From NCBI GenBank assembly GCA_964645205.1, contig CAZYBO010000003.1, positions 634 to 64,633 on the forward strand: 64,000 nucleotides of DNA. The letters run 5' to 3'. The stretch is from an uncultured Rickettsiales bacterium (GTDB lineage: Bacteria; Pseudomonadota; Alphaproteobacteria; Rickettsiales; SXRF01). The notes beneath the pieces are model-generated. The model was not told the origin of the DNA. It did no database searches and worked only from the letters and a program-made list of their open reading frames with translations. The first letter of the stretch is position 1. Each line of letters begins with the position of its first letter. A program made the translations under genes and the position numbers. Positions 8,737-17,293 of the stretch are shown piece after piece.

Positions 8737-9252
8737 TTACCCACCAACCGCAACTCCCTCGCGCGGGGATTCGATGACCTTCAGGGGAATGGAGAGTTGC
8801 GGCTCGCCTAGCGTATCCCTGAATGAGCGGATCGTGCGTAAAATAACCGAGCCGAGGATGCGATGCGCGGTTTCCGGGTCGAGTCCGGGAATGGCAGCGG
8901 CTTTTGGCGCGATTTGTCCGTAGTTTTGTTGTTGCAGCGCTTGGTAGGCTTCGCGCGTGCGTTCGGCGACCAGCCGGTCTATCGCCGATTGCGTTTCGCT
9001 GCCTTGTTTTGTGGCGGATTGCCCGACGGAGGGCGACAGCTTGTGCTTGGTATAAAGCAGCGGCACATAGGCTTTGAATATATGGTTTAATGCGTCCTGC
9101 AACAGCGGGTTGCCCGCGATGTTGTCCCCACCTCTTTCGTGGCGGGCGCTGCTACCGTTGCGCTGCATAAGGTCGCGCGAGTGGCGTTGCCATGCTTCAT
9201 CCAGACGTTGCCGCATCTCATCGGGGATGGGATCAGCGCTTGTGCTCTGCAT
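8737..9252 (-). CDS. hypothetical protein, 171 aa
   Basis: ATG start. Its start overlaps the 3' end of the upstream gene 9233-9829 by 20 nt (operon-like). No recognised motif. Confidence 0.5.
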   Translation of the reverse strand: MQSTSADPIPDEMRQRLDEAWQRHSRDLMQRNGSSARHERGGDNIAGNPLLQDALNHIFKAYVPLLYTKHKLSPSVGQSATKQGSETQSAIDRLVAERTREAYQALQQQNYGQIAPKAAAIPGLDPETAHRILGSVILRTIRSFRDTLGEPQLSIPLKVIESPREGVAVGG

Positions 9253-9829
9253 CTATTTCCCTACTCGCCAGAGCCGCAGCGCTGCGCTCACCTACCGGCA
9301 GTTTTATGATGCGGTCTTCGGGGGGAACTTCCGCTTCCGCACCACGCTGCATGGGCGGGTTTTTCGGATCACGCGGACGGGCAAATTCACGCACGCCGGG
9401 GGCATCGGAGTCATCCCCACCGCTGCGTCCCTGCTTCCAGTCTTTCTTGAGTTTCTCCATGGCTTTTAGCGCGTCTTGCACATGCATAGCCGTGAATTGC
9501 GCACGCAAAACCGGATCGTTTGTCCTGGCTATTTTCTGGAATAGCTTAAGCACTTTTTCGGTTGCGGCCTGATAGGAGTCGCCCTGTTCGGAAACAAACA
9601 ACCGTATCACGGGATCGGGCGTTACAGTAAGCACGCCTGGCTGACGACCAGGCATTTCCTGAGCGTCTACGCCAACCTCCTTAAGCGCTTCAATCAGCTT
9701 ACCGCTTTGCGCGTCTTTTCCATGCACGGTCATGTACATCGCAATCTGCGTCGGCGCCTGCATCCACGGTAAGGCCACGATATGCAGCGTGGTATCTTCC
9801 GTGCGGATTACCTTTAAGGGAGTGGCCAT
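9233..9829 (-). CDS. hypothetical protein, 198 aa
   Basis: ATG with a GGAG about 8 nt upstream. Lies 21 nt downstream of the preceding ORF. No recognised motif. Confidence 0.55.
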   Translation of the reverse strand: MATPLKVIRTEDTTLHIVALPWMQAPTQIAMYMTVHGKDAQSGKLIEALKEVGVDAQEMPGRQPGVLTVTPDPVIRLFVSEQGDSYQAATEKVLKLFQKIARTNDPVLRAQFTAMHVQDALKAMEKLKKDWKQGRSGGDDSDAPGVREFARPRDPKNPPMQRGAEAEVPPEDRIIKLPVGERSAAALASREIDAEHKR

Positions 9830-9850
9830 ACGATTACTCCACCGGCAAAT

Positions 9851-10255
9851 TTATAGACCGCGCGACGTGCCCGGCACATCGTCATTGAGCGCGGAATCTT
9901 CGCCCGTGTTTTTCTTACGGGCAAGTCGCAAGGCAATCCCGGCAGCACCGCCGAAAAAAGCCGTCTTAAAAAGCTCGCGGCCTGCCTTGTCTTTTTCTTC
10001 CGCCAGTACCGCCGCCAGCCTGGTTTTTTCTTTTTCCATGAGCGCCCGCGTATTCGGGGCATTATCCGTTTTAACAACCTGCTCTATCTTATTCAGGGCA
10101 TCGAGTTCCGCGCTTGCCTTGCGCGCATCAAGCACCGCATCGACACCCATGACGCCGGAAGCAATAGCCATACCAGCGCCCAAGGCAGCTGACGTGCCAT
10201 GCAGCGTTTTCTTTGTTGTAATCTTTGTGTCCTGACCGGATTTTTCCATGTACAT
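9851..10255 (-). CDS. hypothetical membrane protein with two Gly/Ala-rich hydrophobic segments
   Basis: Start taken at MYMEK (ATG 10253-10255, GGAAGG just upstream). Hydrophobic segments are SAALGAGMAIASGVMGV and AFFGGAAGIALRLA. First gene of a three-gene orphan operon. Confidence 0.5.
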   Translation of the reverse strand: MYMEKSGQDTKITTKKTLHGTSAALGAGMAIASGVMGVDAVLDARKASAELDALNKIEQVVKTDNAPNTRALMEKEKTRLAAVLAEEKDKAGRELFKTAFFGGAAGIALRLARKKNTGEDSALNDDVPGTSRGL

Positions 10256-10305
10256 ACCCTTCCCAGTGTCTTTGTGTGCCCATTCTATGACCAAATGGAT
10301 GGCTT

Positions 10306-10326
10306 GAATAATGAAGATTTTATGAC
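10306..10326 (-). promoter_or_regulatory. direct-repeat promoter box (Pho-box/OmpR-like), orphan operon 8737-10255
   Basis: The minus strand reads GTCATAAAATCTTCATTATTC, then 18 nt, then TAGAAT (10282-10287). The box is 50 nt upstream of the ATG. Confidence 0.45.
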
Positions 10327-10394
10327 AGGTGGCGGCAAGTTCGCGCAAAACCCTTGAAAACCGGTGGTTTCGTGGTATTAACAGCCCCTGAATC

Positions 10395-10464
10395 TGTCAT
10401 CCTGAGCGAAAGCGAAGGATCCCCTTGCGGTAAAGCAAGATCCTTCGCTACGCTCAGGATGACA
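10395..10464. repeat. palindromic repeat family B, copy B1 (TGTCATCCTGAGCG...GAAGGATC ... GATCCTTCGC...CTCAGGATGACA)
   Basis: A ~70-bp inverted-repeat element, 17 nt upstream of the parE ATG. Confidence 0.9.
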
Positions 10465-10481
10465 ATAGAAAATGAGAACCT

Positions 10482-12461
10482 ATGGCCGACCTGTTCACCA
10501 ACAATAAAAACACCAAGACCAGCTCCTATTCCGCCGAGGATATTGAAGTTTTAGAAGGGCTTGAGCCGGTTCGACGCAGGCCGGGCATGTATATTGGCGG
10601 CACGGACGAACAGGCCATGCACCACCTTGTCAACGAGGTGTTCGACAACGCGATGGACGAGGCGGTGGCCGGGTATGCGGAGTCGATCGAACTGGAAATC
10701 AAGCCGGACAACGTGATCGTCGTGCGCGATAACGGGCGCGGCATTCCCGTCGACCCGCACCCCAAATTCCCCAAAAAATCAGCGCTGGAAGTGATCCTCA
10801 CCATGCTGCACTCGGGCGGCAAATTCGGCGGTAAGGTCTATGACACGTCGGGCGGGCTGCACGGGGTAGGCATTTCGGTGGTCAACGCGCTGTCGGATTA
10901 TCTCGAAATCGAAGTGGTGCGCGATAAAAAAATCTACCGCCAGTCCTACAGCCGCGGCGAACCGACCAGCAAGCTGAAGGAAGTCGGTCAATCGCCGCGC
11001 GGACGCGGTACTACGGTGGCCTTCCGCGCCGACCCGGACATTTTCGGCAAGGCGAAATTCCGCGCGGAAAAACTCTTCAAGCTCGCACGCTCGAAGGCGT
11101 ATTTGTTCCGCGGCGTGCACATTAAATGGATTTGCGATCCGTCGCTGATCCCGGAAGGCTCGGATGTTCCTGCCGAGGCGATGATTCATTTTCCCGGTGG
11201 ATTGAGCGACTTCCTGACGCAGCATTTGGGCGGCAGGCCGTGCGTCACTTCGCAAGCATTCACCGGCGAAGCGGATTTGCCCGGCGGCATGGGCAAGATT
11301 GAATGGGCGATCGACTGGCCGATCGACGAAGAGCCGTATGTTAGCACCTATTGCAACACGATCCCCACCCCCGAAGGCGGCACCCACGAATCGGGCATGC
11401 GCTCGGCGCTGACCAAAGGCATCAAAGCCTATGCGGAGCTTACGAATAATAAAAAAGCAGTGCAGGCAATGGGCGAGGACGTGCTCGGCGGGGCGGTCAT
11501 GGTGCTGTCGCTGTTCATGCGCGACCCACAATTTCAGGGGCAGACCAAGAATAAGCTGGTGAACGTGGAAGCGACGCGGCTGGTGGAAAACGCCATGCGC
11601 GACCATTTCGACCATTATTTAACCGGCGATCCCAACAACAGCAATATTTTGCTCGCCTATGTGGTGGAGCGCATCGAAGACCGCCTGCGCCGCAAGCAGG
11701 AAAAAGACGTGAGCCGCAAGGCGGTGACCACCAAGCTGCGCCTGCCCGGTAAGCTCGCCGACTGCACACGCTCGACGAACAAGGGCACGGAAATCTTCAT
11801 CGTGGAAGGCGATTCCGCGGGCGGCTCGGCAAAACAAGCGCGCAACCGTGATACGCAGGCCGTGCTGCCGCTGCGCGGAAAAATCCTGAACGTGGCGTCG
11901 GCCACGCTCGATAAGATCAAAGCCAACCAGGAATTGTCGGATCTACTGCTCGCGCTCGGCTGCGGCATCGGTTCGCACTACCGGGAGGATTTATTGCGCT
12001 ACGAACGCGTTATCATCATGACCGACGCCGACGTGGACGGCGCGCACATCGCTTCGCTGCTGATGACGTTCTTCTATCAGGAAATGCCGGAGCTGATTCG
12101 CGGCGGGCATTTGTTCATTGCGCGCCCTCCTTTGTTCCGCATCACTATCGGCAACCAGACGCATTATGCGCAGGACGACAAAGAAAAAGATGAGTTAGTC
12201 CAACGCCTGACTAAGGGCAGCGGCAAGGCGGAAATCGGGCGTTTCAAAGGTCTCGGCGAGATGATGCCCGCGCAGTTGAAAGAAACTACCATGAACCCCG
12301 GCAATCGCGTATTGCTGAAAGTCATGATCGCTGATGAAGACATAGAGCCGACCCGCGAACGGGTGGAACAGCTCATGGGGCGTAAGCCGGAACATCGCTT
12401 TGCATTCATTCAGGAGCAAACGAGCCGCGGCGGTGAAATCATGGAACAGCTCGACGTTTGA
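10482..12461 (+). CDS. parE: DNA topoisomerase IV subunit B
   Basis: GHKL ATPase N-terminus (LEPVRRRPGMYIGG, DNAMDE) and Toprim EGDSAGGSAKQARNR. The 659-aa length fits ParE rather than GyrB. Confidence 0.9.
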   Translation: MADLFTNNKNTKTSSYSAEDIEVLEGLEPVRRRPGMYIGGTDEQAMHHLVNEVFDNAMDEAVAGYAESIELEIKPDNVIVVRDNGRGIPVDPHPKFPKKSALEVILTMLHSGGKFGGKVYDTSGGLHGVGISVVNALSDYLEIEVVRDKKIYRQSYSRGEPTSKLKEVGQSPRGRGTTVAFRADPDIFGKAKFRAEKLFKLARSKAYLFRGVHIKWICDPSLIPEGSDVPAEAMIHFPGGLSDFLTQHLGGRPCVTSQAFTGEADLPGGMGKIEWAIDWPIDEEPYVSTYCNTIPTPEGGTHESGMRSALTKGIKAYAELTNNKKAVQAMGEDVLGGAVMVLSLFMRDPQFQGQTKNKLVNVEATRLVENAMRDHFDHYLTGDPNNSNILLAYVVERIEDRLRRKQEKDVSRKAVTTKLRLPGKLADCTRSTNKGTEIFIVEGDSAGGSAKQARNRDTQAVLPLRGKILNVASATLDKIKANQELSDLLLALGCGIGSHYREDLLRYERVIIMTDADVDGAHIASLLMTFFYQEMPELIRGGHLFIARPPLFRITIGNQTHYAQDDKEKDELVQRLTKGSGKAEIGRFKGLGEMMPAQLKETTMNPGNRVLLKVMIADEDIEPTRERVEQLMGRKPEHRFAFIQEQTSRGGEIMEQLDV

Positions 12462-12490
12462 TAATTACGAGCAATATTAATATCTTAAAT

Positions 12491-12508
12491 TGTCATAATG
12501 ATTGTCAT
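12491..12508 (+). promoter_or_regulatory. TGTCAT direct repeat upstream of the 12583 gene (variant box)
   Basis: TGTCATAATGATTGTCAT, with 12-bp periodicity, 75 nt upstream of the ATG. Flanked by ATATCTTAA direct repeats. The -10 spacing differs from the other boxes. Confidence 0.3.
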
Positions 12509-12582
12509 CATATCTTAACATGATGGAGCGAGCGATCTGGCTTATACTGACCCTGTAGCTAATAAACACAGGGAGCCGGCCT

Positions 12583-13026
12583 ATGAGCGGTGAATTAAGC
12601 AGCCATGACGTTGCACGCACCTATAAAGAATTCCTTGATCATTTTGACCATATCTCGCAACGCATTGCCCTGCGCGAAGTGGTACAGAGCAGCACACATT
12701 TAAAAAAGATGCTTACCAACACCAAAAATTCCCAACGCCCCCCTCTTGCGCAGCATGATCATTACGACGGCATTATCAATGCTGCTGCGCTCAACGTATT
12801 GAAAAGTTTTACGCCGGATCAGCTAATAACCACCGAATCCGCACTCAAGAATGCAATAGCAGGTGTTGATGAAGCTGGCGATAAGGCGACGATTGCAGCA
12901 CTGTCTGAGCAAGTAAAAACGAACCTGAAGGACATGGATGCGCAGCTTGCAGAAGGACACAGCCAGCGAATAGCCACAGAAAAAACCGACCAAGAATCCA
13001 AGCCCCGGAATCGCCTTAATCTCTGA
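12583..13026 (+). CDS. hypothetical protein, 147 aa (AT-rich islet)
   Basis: ATG with GGGAG 8 nt upstream. No recognised motif. The convergent neighbour's stop is 4 nt away. Confidence 0.5.
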   Translation: MSGELSSHDVARTYKEFLDHFDHISQRIALREVVQSSTHLKKMLTNTKNSQRPPLAQHDHYDGIINAAALNVLKSFTPDQLITTESALKNAIAGVDEAGDKATIAALSEQVKTNLKDMDAQLAEGHSQRIATEKTDQESKPRNRLNL

Positions 13027-13030
13027 TCGG

Positions 13031-13744
13031 TCACGCCACTTTGGGCATTAGTACTGAAGCAGGGATTTCATGTTGCGCACGACGGTAATCGGCGGGAACC
13101 CCAATATCGATAAAATAATCCAGTTGCGTATACACGCCGGGGCGTAACGCCGATGCACGGCGCGCCATTACATCGCGTTCAAAGGAAAACGTCTCCGGCA
13201 ATGCCATGCCTTTGAAAAACGTTGGCGACATGACATAAAACCCGGCGCTGATCGTGCCGGGTTGCGCATCACCCAGTAGCGCGAAATCACTAACTATATC
13301 ACCTTCGATGGTAAGTTTGCTGTAGCGGCTGCAATCGCTCACACGGCGCGCTGCCATGGTAAGCGATCGCCCGCTGTTGCGATGTTGCGTCATCATGCGG
13401 CGGTAATCGAGCGGAATGTAGGAATCGCCGTTTAGCACGAACACCGGTTGCGCAGGATTGAGCTGCGCCAAGGCGCGTTTCATCGCACCACCCGTGCCGA
13501 GCGGTGATTCTTCTATCGAATATGAAAGCGTGATCCCCGCATAGCACGCGCCAAAATATGCGCGGATCGTATCATGCATGTGGTGCACGCACAGCACCGC
13601 CTCGCGCACACCCTGCCCTGCCATGTAATCAAGCAGCCAGCACAAGAACGGCCGGCCGGCGACATCCGCCATCGGCTTGGGAACGCCCTGCACTGCGGGC
13701 AAGAGCCGCGTACCGAATCCACCTGCGAGAATGATTGCCTGCAT
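13031..13744 (-). CDS. sugar-1-phosphate nucleotidyltransferase (HddC/MurU-like NTP_transferase)
   Basis: N-terminal ILAGGFGTRL...PKPM signature and an EESPLGTGGA motif. Confidence 0.8.
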   Translation of the reverse strand: MQAIILAGGFGTRLLPAVQGVPKPMADVAGRPFLCWLLDYMAGQGVREAVLCVHHMHDTIRAYFGACYAGITLSYSIEESPLGTGGAMKRALAQLNPAQPVFVLNGDSYIPLDYRRMMTQHRNSGRSLTMAARRVSDCSRYSKLTIEGDIVSDFALLGDAQPGTISAGFYVMSPTFFKGMALPETFSFERDVMARRASALRPGVYTQLDYFIDIGVPADYRRAQHEIPASVLMPKVA

Positions 13745-13874
13745 AGGCGCAGGCTAGCCGCACAGCGATGCCGCGACAACGGGAAAATAGTTACTTTTCA
13801 ATATTCTACCTGTGGTTTAGAAAAAGATTTTTTACGCAACTTCTTTTGATGCTACAATCGAGCTTACCTATTTG

Positions 13875-14402
13875 ATGGAGCGTATGCCGTACTGTCTGTA
13901 CAGATTATGGGGATGCGTCGCACTGCTTGCGGTGGCGTGCTTCGCGCTGACGTTCAGCGCTCTGCCCGATCCGCTCGCGATCCGTTGGCGTCTCGATGGC
14001 AGCCCCAAAAACTGGGGAACTAAATTTGGGTATGGTGTAAGCATGGCCATCGCCTTTGCCGTGATTAATTTAGGCATAGTAGTAGCGCTCCGGCAGATCA
14101 AAGACGATAACGATTTACGCATGCAAGAAATACTTTGGCGCTTCCTGCGCGTGCCCAATGCCGACGCATGGTTTGCCACACCCGATAAACAACGCCAGCT
14201 TTATGAAAAACAACGAACCGAGCTTGGCTGGGTCGCGATTATGGTCAACAGCATGTTTCTGGTTTCCAGCTACGAGTTCTACCAACACAATGTCGGCAAT
14301 CCGCCGTTTGCATTGCCGGTATGGACGATGGGCGCGGTGATGGTGGTTTTTATCGGGAGAATAATCTGGGCAAGATTTTTTACCTTCCGCATGAAGGAGT
14401 AG
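13875..14402 (+). CDS. hypothetical integral membrane protein (DUF1648-like)
   Basis: Four predicted hydrophobic helices. The ORF-track start at 13872 is TTG; the first ATG is at 13875. Confidence 0.5.
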   Translation: MERMPYCLYRLWGCVALLAVACFALTFSALPDPLAIRWRLDGSPKNWGTKFGYGVSMAIAFAVINLGIVVALRQIKDDNDLRMQEILWRFLRVPNADAWFATPDKQRQLYEKQRTELGWVAIMVNSMFLVSSYEFYQHNVGNPPFALPVWTMGAVMVVFIGRIIWARFFTFRMKE

Positions 14403-14423
14403 ATTTCTTTCGCCGCCGCTTGT

Positions 14424-15818
14424 ATGCTGGGTCTTATGACCCATCCGCTGAACGTCCTCCGTAAAAATAAATCTCTTTCTATCCCCGTAACGCTGCTGCA
14501 TCAGAAGCAGCTTGCTGCTTGGCTTAAAAAACAGCCCGCAGCAACGCGCACGTGGCTGGACGTGAACACCTTCACCGCCGAACCGGGGAAATTCTGCCTG
14601 ATTCCTGCGAAAGACGGCTCGCTTGCCTCGGTCGCGTGCGGTATCGACGAAGCGCCGGATGTCTGGAGCATCGCGCATTTGCCAACCGCGCTCCCGGCAG
14701 GGCTTTACCATCTCGAAGGCACGCTGAACAAGGAACAGGCGACACAGGCGGCGCTCGGGTGGGCGCTCGCATGCTACCGCTTCGGACGCTATAAGAAAGA
14801 TGAGAAAAAGCTGGCGCAACTCGTAGCTCCCGATTCCTGCGACTCGCGCTATGTGGAGTCTATGGCACGGGCGATATTCTGGGCACGCGACCTTATCAAC
14901 ACCCCCGCTAACGACATGAATCCCAAAACACTCGCAGCCGAAGCGGAGCGCTGGGCAAAGCATGCGGGTGCGGAGGTGCGCGTTATTAAAGGCGAGACCT
15001 TACGCACCGCCAACTACCCGATGATCTACGAAGTGGGCAAGGCCAGCTCGGTGCCGCCGCATCTCGTGGATATACGCTTTGCCTGCGCGGGCGCGCCGAA
15101 GATTACGCTGGTGGGCAAAGGCGTGACGTTCGATTCCGGCGGGCTGGACATTAAATCGTCGGCGGGCATGAAGCTGATGAAAAAAGACATGGGTGGAGCG
15201 GCGAACGTGCTGGCGCTGGCGCGTGTGATCGTGGAGTCGGGTTTACGTGTGCAATTGCGCGTGCTGCTGCCGATCGTTGAAAACGCTGTCAGCGGCAACG
15301 CCATGCGTCCGATGGACGTAGTGCAGACGCGCAAGGGCATCACCGTGGAAATCGGCAATACCGACGCGGAAGGCCGCCTGATATTATGCGACGCGCTGTA
15401 TGAGGCCGACCAGGAAGCGCCCGACCTGCTGATCGATTGCGCAACGCTGACGGGAGCCGCACGTGTAGCGCTGGGCGCCGATATGCCTGCCTTCTTCACA
15501 CCCGATGACGCGCTGGCCAAATCGCTGATGGATGCCAGCAAAGCGCAGAACGATCCGCTCTGGCGCCTGCCGCTGTGGAAGCCCTATCGCAAGATGCTGG
15601 ACACGCAGGCCGCTCATTTAAGCAACGACCCGGACAGCTCTTATGGCGGCGCTATCACTGCGGCCTTGTATTTGCAGGAATTTGTCAGTAAAACACCCTC
15701 CTGGCTGCATCTTGACATGATGGCGTGGAACTTGAGCGCGCGTCCCGGCCGTCCGCAGGGCGGTGAGGCCATGGCAATACGCGCACTCTATAAATTGATT
15801 GAAAAACATTATGGCTAA
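14424..15818 (+). CDS. M17 family leucyl aminopeptidase
   Basis: NTPANDM, VGKGVTFDSGGLDIK and NTDAEGRL motifs. Confidence 0.9.
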   Translation: MLGLMTHPLNVLRKNKSLSIPVTLLHQKQLAAWLKKQPAATRTWLDVNTFTAEPGKFCLIPAKDGSLASVACGIDEAPDVWSIAHLPTALPAGLYHLEGTLNKEQATQAALGWALACYRFGRYKKDEKKLAQLVAPDSCDSRYVESMARAIFWARDLINTPANDMNPKTLAAEAERWAKHAGAEVRVIKGETLRTANYPMIYEVGKASSVPPHLVDIRFACAGAPKITLVGKGVTFDSGGLDIKSSAGMKLMKKDMGGAANVLALARVIVESGLRVQLRVLLPIVENAVSGNAMRPMDVVQTRKGITVEIGNTDAEGRLILCDALYEADQEAPDLLIDCATLTGAARVALGADMPAFFTPDDALAKSLMDASKAQNDPLWRLPLWKPYRKMLDTQAAHLSNDPDSSYGGAITAALYLQEFVSKTPSWLHLDMMAWNLSARPGRPQGGEAMAIRALYKLIEKHYG

Positions 15819-16173
15819 AGAAGAAAAAATCGGTTCCTCCAAAAGCATTCGCGCACTGAGTTTCTGGCATGGCGTCACCGCCGCTGCGCTTCGGCAGATG
15901 CCTCTCGATCTCTCCGCACGGCAGACGGCGGCATTGCTGCATGTCTATCTGGTACAGCAGCAACACAGCATCAAAAGTCTTGCCGAAGAGCTGGGCATCT
16001 CCAAGCCCGCCATCTGCCGCGCGGTCGACGCGCTGGAAAAGGCCAAATTGGTGAAGCGCTCTCGCGACAAGCAAGACAAGCGCAACGTCATCATCCAGCG
16101 CACCGTGAAAGGCTCCGTGTTTTTGAGTGAGTTCGCGGATATTATTTTGCAGGTTTCAAAAGAAGCGGCGTAA
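15811..16173 (+). CDS. MarR family transcriptional regulator
   Basis: Winged HTH SIKSLAEELGISKPAICRAVDALEKAKLVKR...DKRN. ATG 15811 overlaps the aminopeptidase stop by 8 nt; the ORF-track start at 15799 is TTG. Confidence 0.8.
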   Translation: MAKEEKIGSSKSIRALSFWHGVTAAALRQMPLDLSARQTAALLHVYLVQQQHSIKSLAEELGISKPAICRAVDALEKAKLVKRSRDKQDKRNVIIQRTVKGSVFLSEFADIILQVSKEAA

Positions 16174-16180
16174 GTATAAT

Positions 16181-16254
16181 TGTCATCCTGAAAGAGCGAA
16201 GCGACTGAAGGATCTGGCGCAAAGAAAGATCCTTCGCTTACGCTCAGGATGACA
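16181..16254. repeat. palindromic repeat family B, copy B2
   Basis: Same termini. Begins 8 nt after the MarR-family gene stop. Confidence 0.9.
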
Positions 16255-16301
16255 TCTAAAAAACTAACGCTTTTTTAATCCCCTCGGCGTAATGCTTACG
16301 C

Positions 16302-17099
16302 ATGCATACCTATTATATAGATGACAACGGACGCAAAGACGGGCCACACGATTTGGTGAGCATCATGCGCCGCATCCGCAGCGGTAAAATCACGCATGAA
16401 ACGCTGGTCTATGCCGATGAGCATGCAGCCGCTGCGCCTGCTGGCACCATCCACGACATCGCCCTGTTCTTCGACCATGACGCCCAGCAAGCCGCCAAAG
16501 CCAGCACGTCGTCGCTGTCACTCGGAAAATTACTTTTTTCCGGCTGGCATTTCGTTATCGAGCATAATGTGATGACGGTCTATGCGGGCGGCCTCCTGTT
16601 GCTGTCGATGATGGCGACGATGGTGTTCACCTCCGTACTCGGCACCCTTCCCGGCCTGATATTCGGCTGGTGCTTCTTCTTCACGTTCCATAATCTTTAT
16701 CTCGTGTTCATCCTGCGCATCTACCGCAGGCAACCGATCGGTTCATACTTCATCGGACGAAAACTTTCCGGCATCTTCGCGACATTGCTATTTACGAGCA
16801 TTGTACTTGCGCTGATGATCGCCGGCGGTTCGCTGCTTCTTATCATTCCCGGCATCGCGGTGGCGGTTATGTACGCGTTCGTGCCTTTTCTCATGTTCGA
16901 TTACCGCTTCGGTGTGGTGGAGTCGATGCACGCGTCACGACTACTTCTGCACAAGCATAAGCGCGGCTATCTCATGACGCTTTCGCTGCTCATGCTGATG
17001 CACCTTGCCTGTGTGCTTCTTATCATCCCTCTACCCCTCACCCTTCCTATGTTTGCGGCGGCCTTATCTGCTGTCTACGAGGAACTTTCTGCATCCTGA
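16302..17099 (+). CDS. GYF_2 (DUF4339)-like domain membrane protein
   Basis: N-terminal YYIDDNGRKDGPHDLVSIMRRIRSGKITHETLVY, followed by several TM helices. Confidence 0.6.
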   Translation: MHTYYIDDNGRKDGPHDLVSIMRRIRSGKITHETLVYADEHAAAAPAGTIHDIALFFDHDAQQAAKASTSSLSLGKLLFSGWHFVIEHNVMTVYAGGLLLLSMMATMVFTSVLGTLPGLIFGWCFFFTFHNLYLVFILRIYRRQPIGSYFIGRKLSGIFATLLFTSIVLALMIAGGSLLLIIPGIAVAVMYAFVPFLMFDYRFGVVESMHASRLLLHKHKRGYLMTLSLLMLMHLACVLLIIPLPLTLPMFAAALSAVYEELSAS

Positions 17100-17115
17100 G
17101 TCGTGTCAAGTATCG

Positions 17116-17147
17116 CGTGCGAAAAAAAATCGCACGGGATATTTTTT
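17116..17147 (+). terminator. possible Rho-independent terminator after the GYF_2-like gene
   Basis: 7-bp stem CGTGCGA/TCGCACG with an A7 loop, then GGATA and a T6 run. Confidence 0.4.
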
Positions 17148-17210
17148 CATCGCTTGCATTCACCTGGGAAAGATGTTTTTTATCGCAATGTAGGAAAAAT
17201 TTTCCCCTCA

Positions 17211-17226
17211 TTAACGGATAAGTAAC
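17211..17226 (+). promoter_or_regulatory. weak CtrA-box-like site upstream of fliF
   Basis: TTAA-CGGATAA-GTAAC compared with the TTAA-N7-TTAAC consensus (one mismatch). Lies 68 nt upstream of the fliF ATG. Confidence 0.2.
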
Positions 17227-17293
17227 TTTCTCCCGCTATTCTGGCCTTATCCGCACCAAAACGCATAATGAAGACCAATAAGGAGCGATACGA

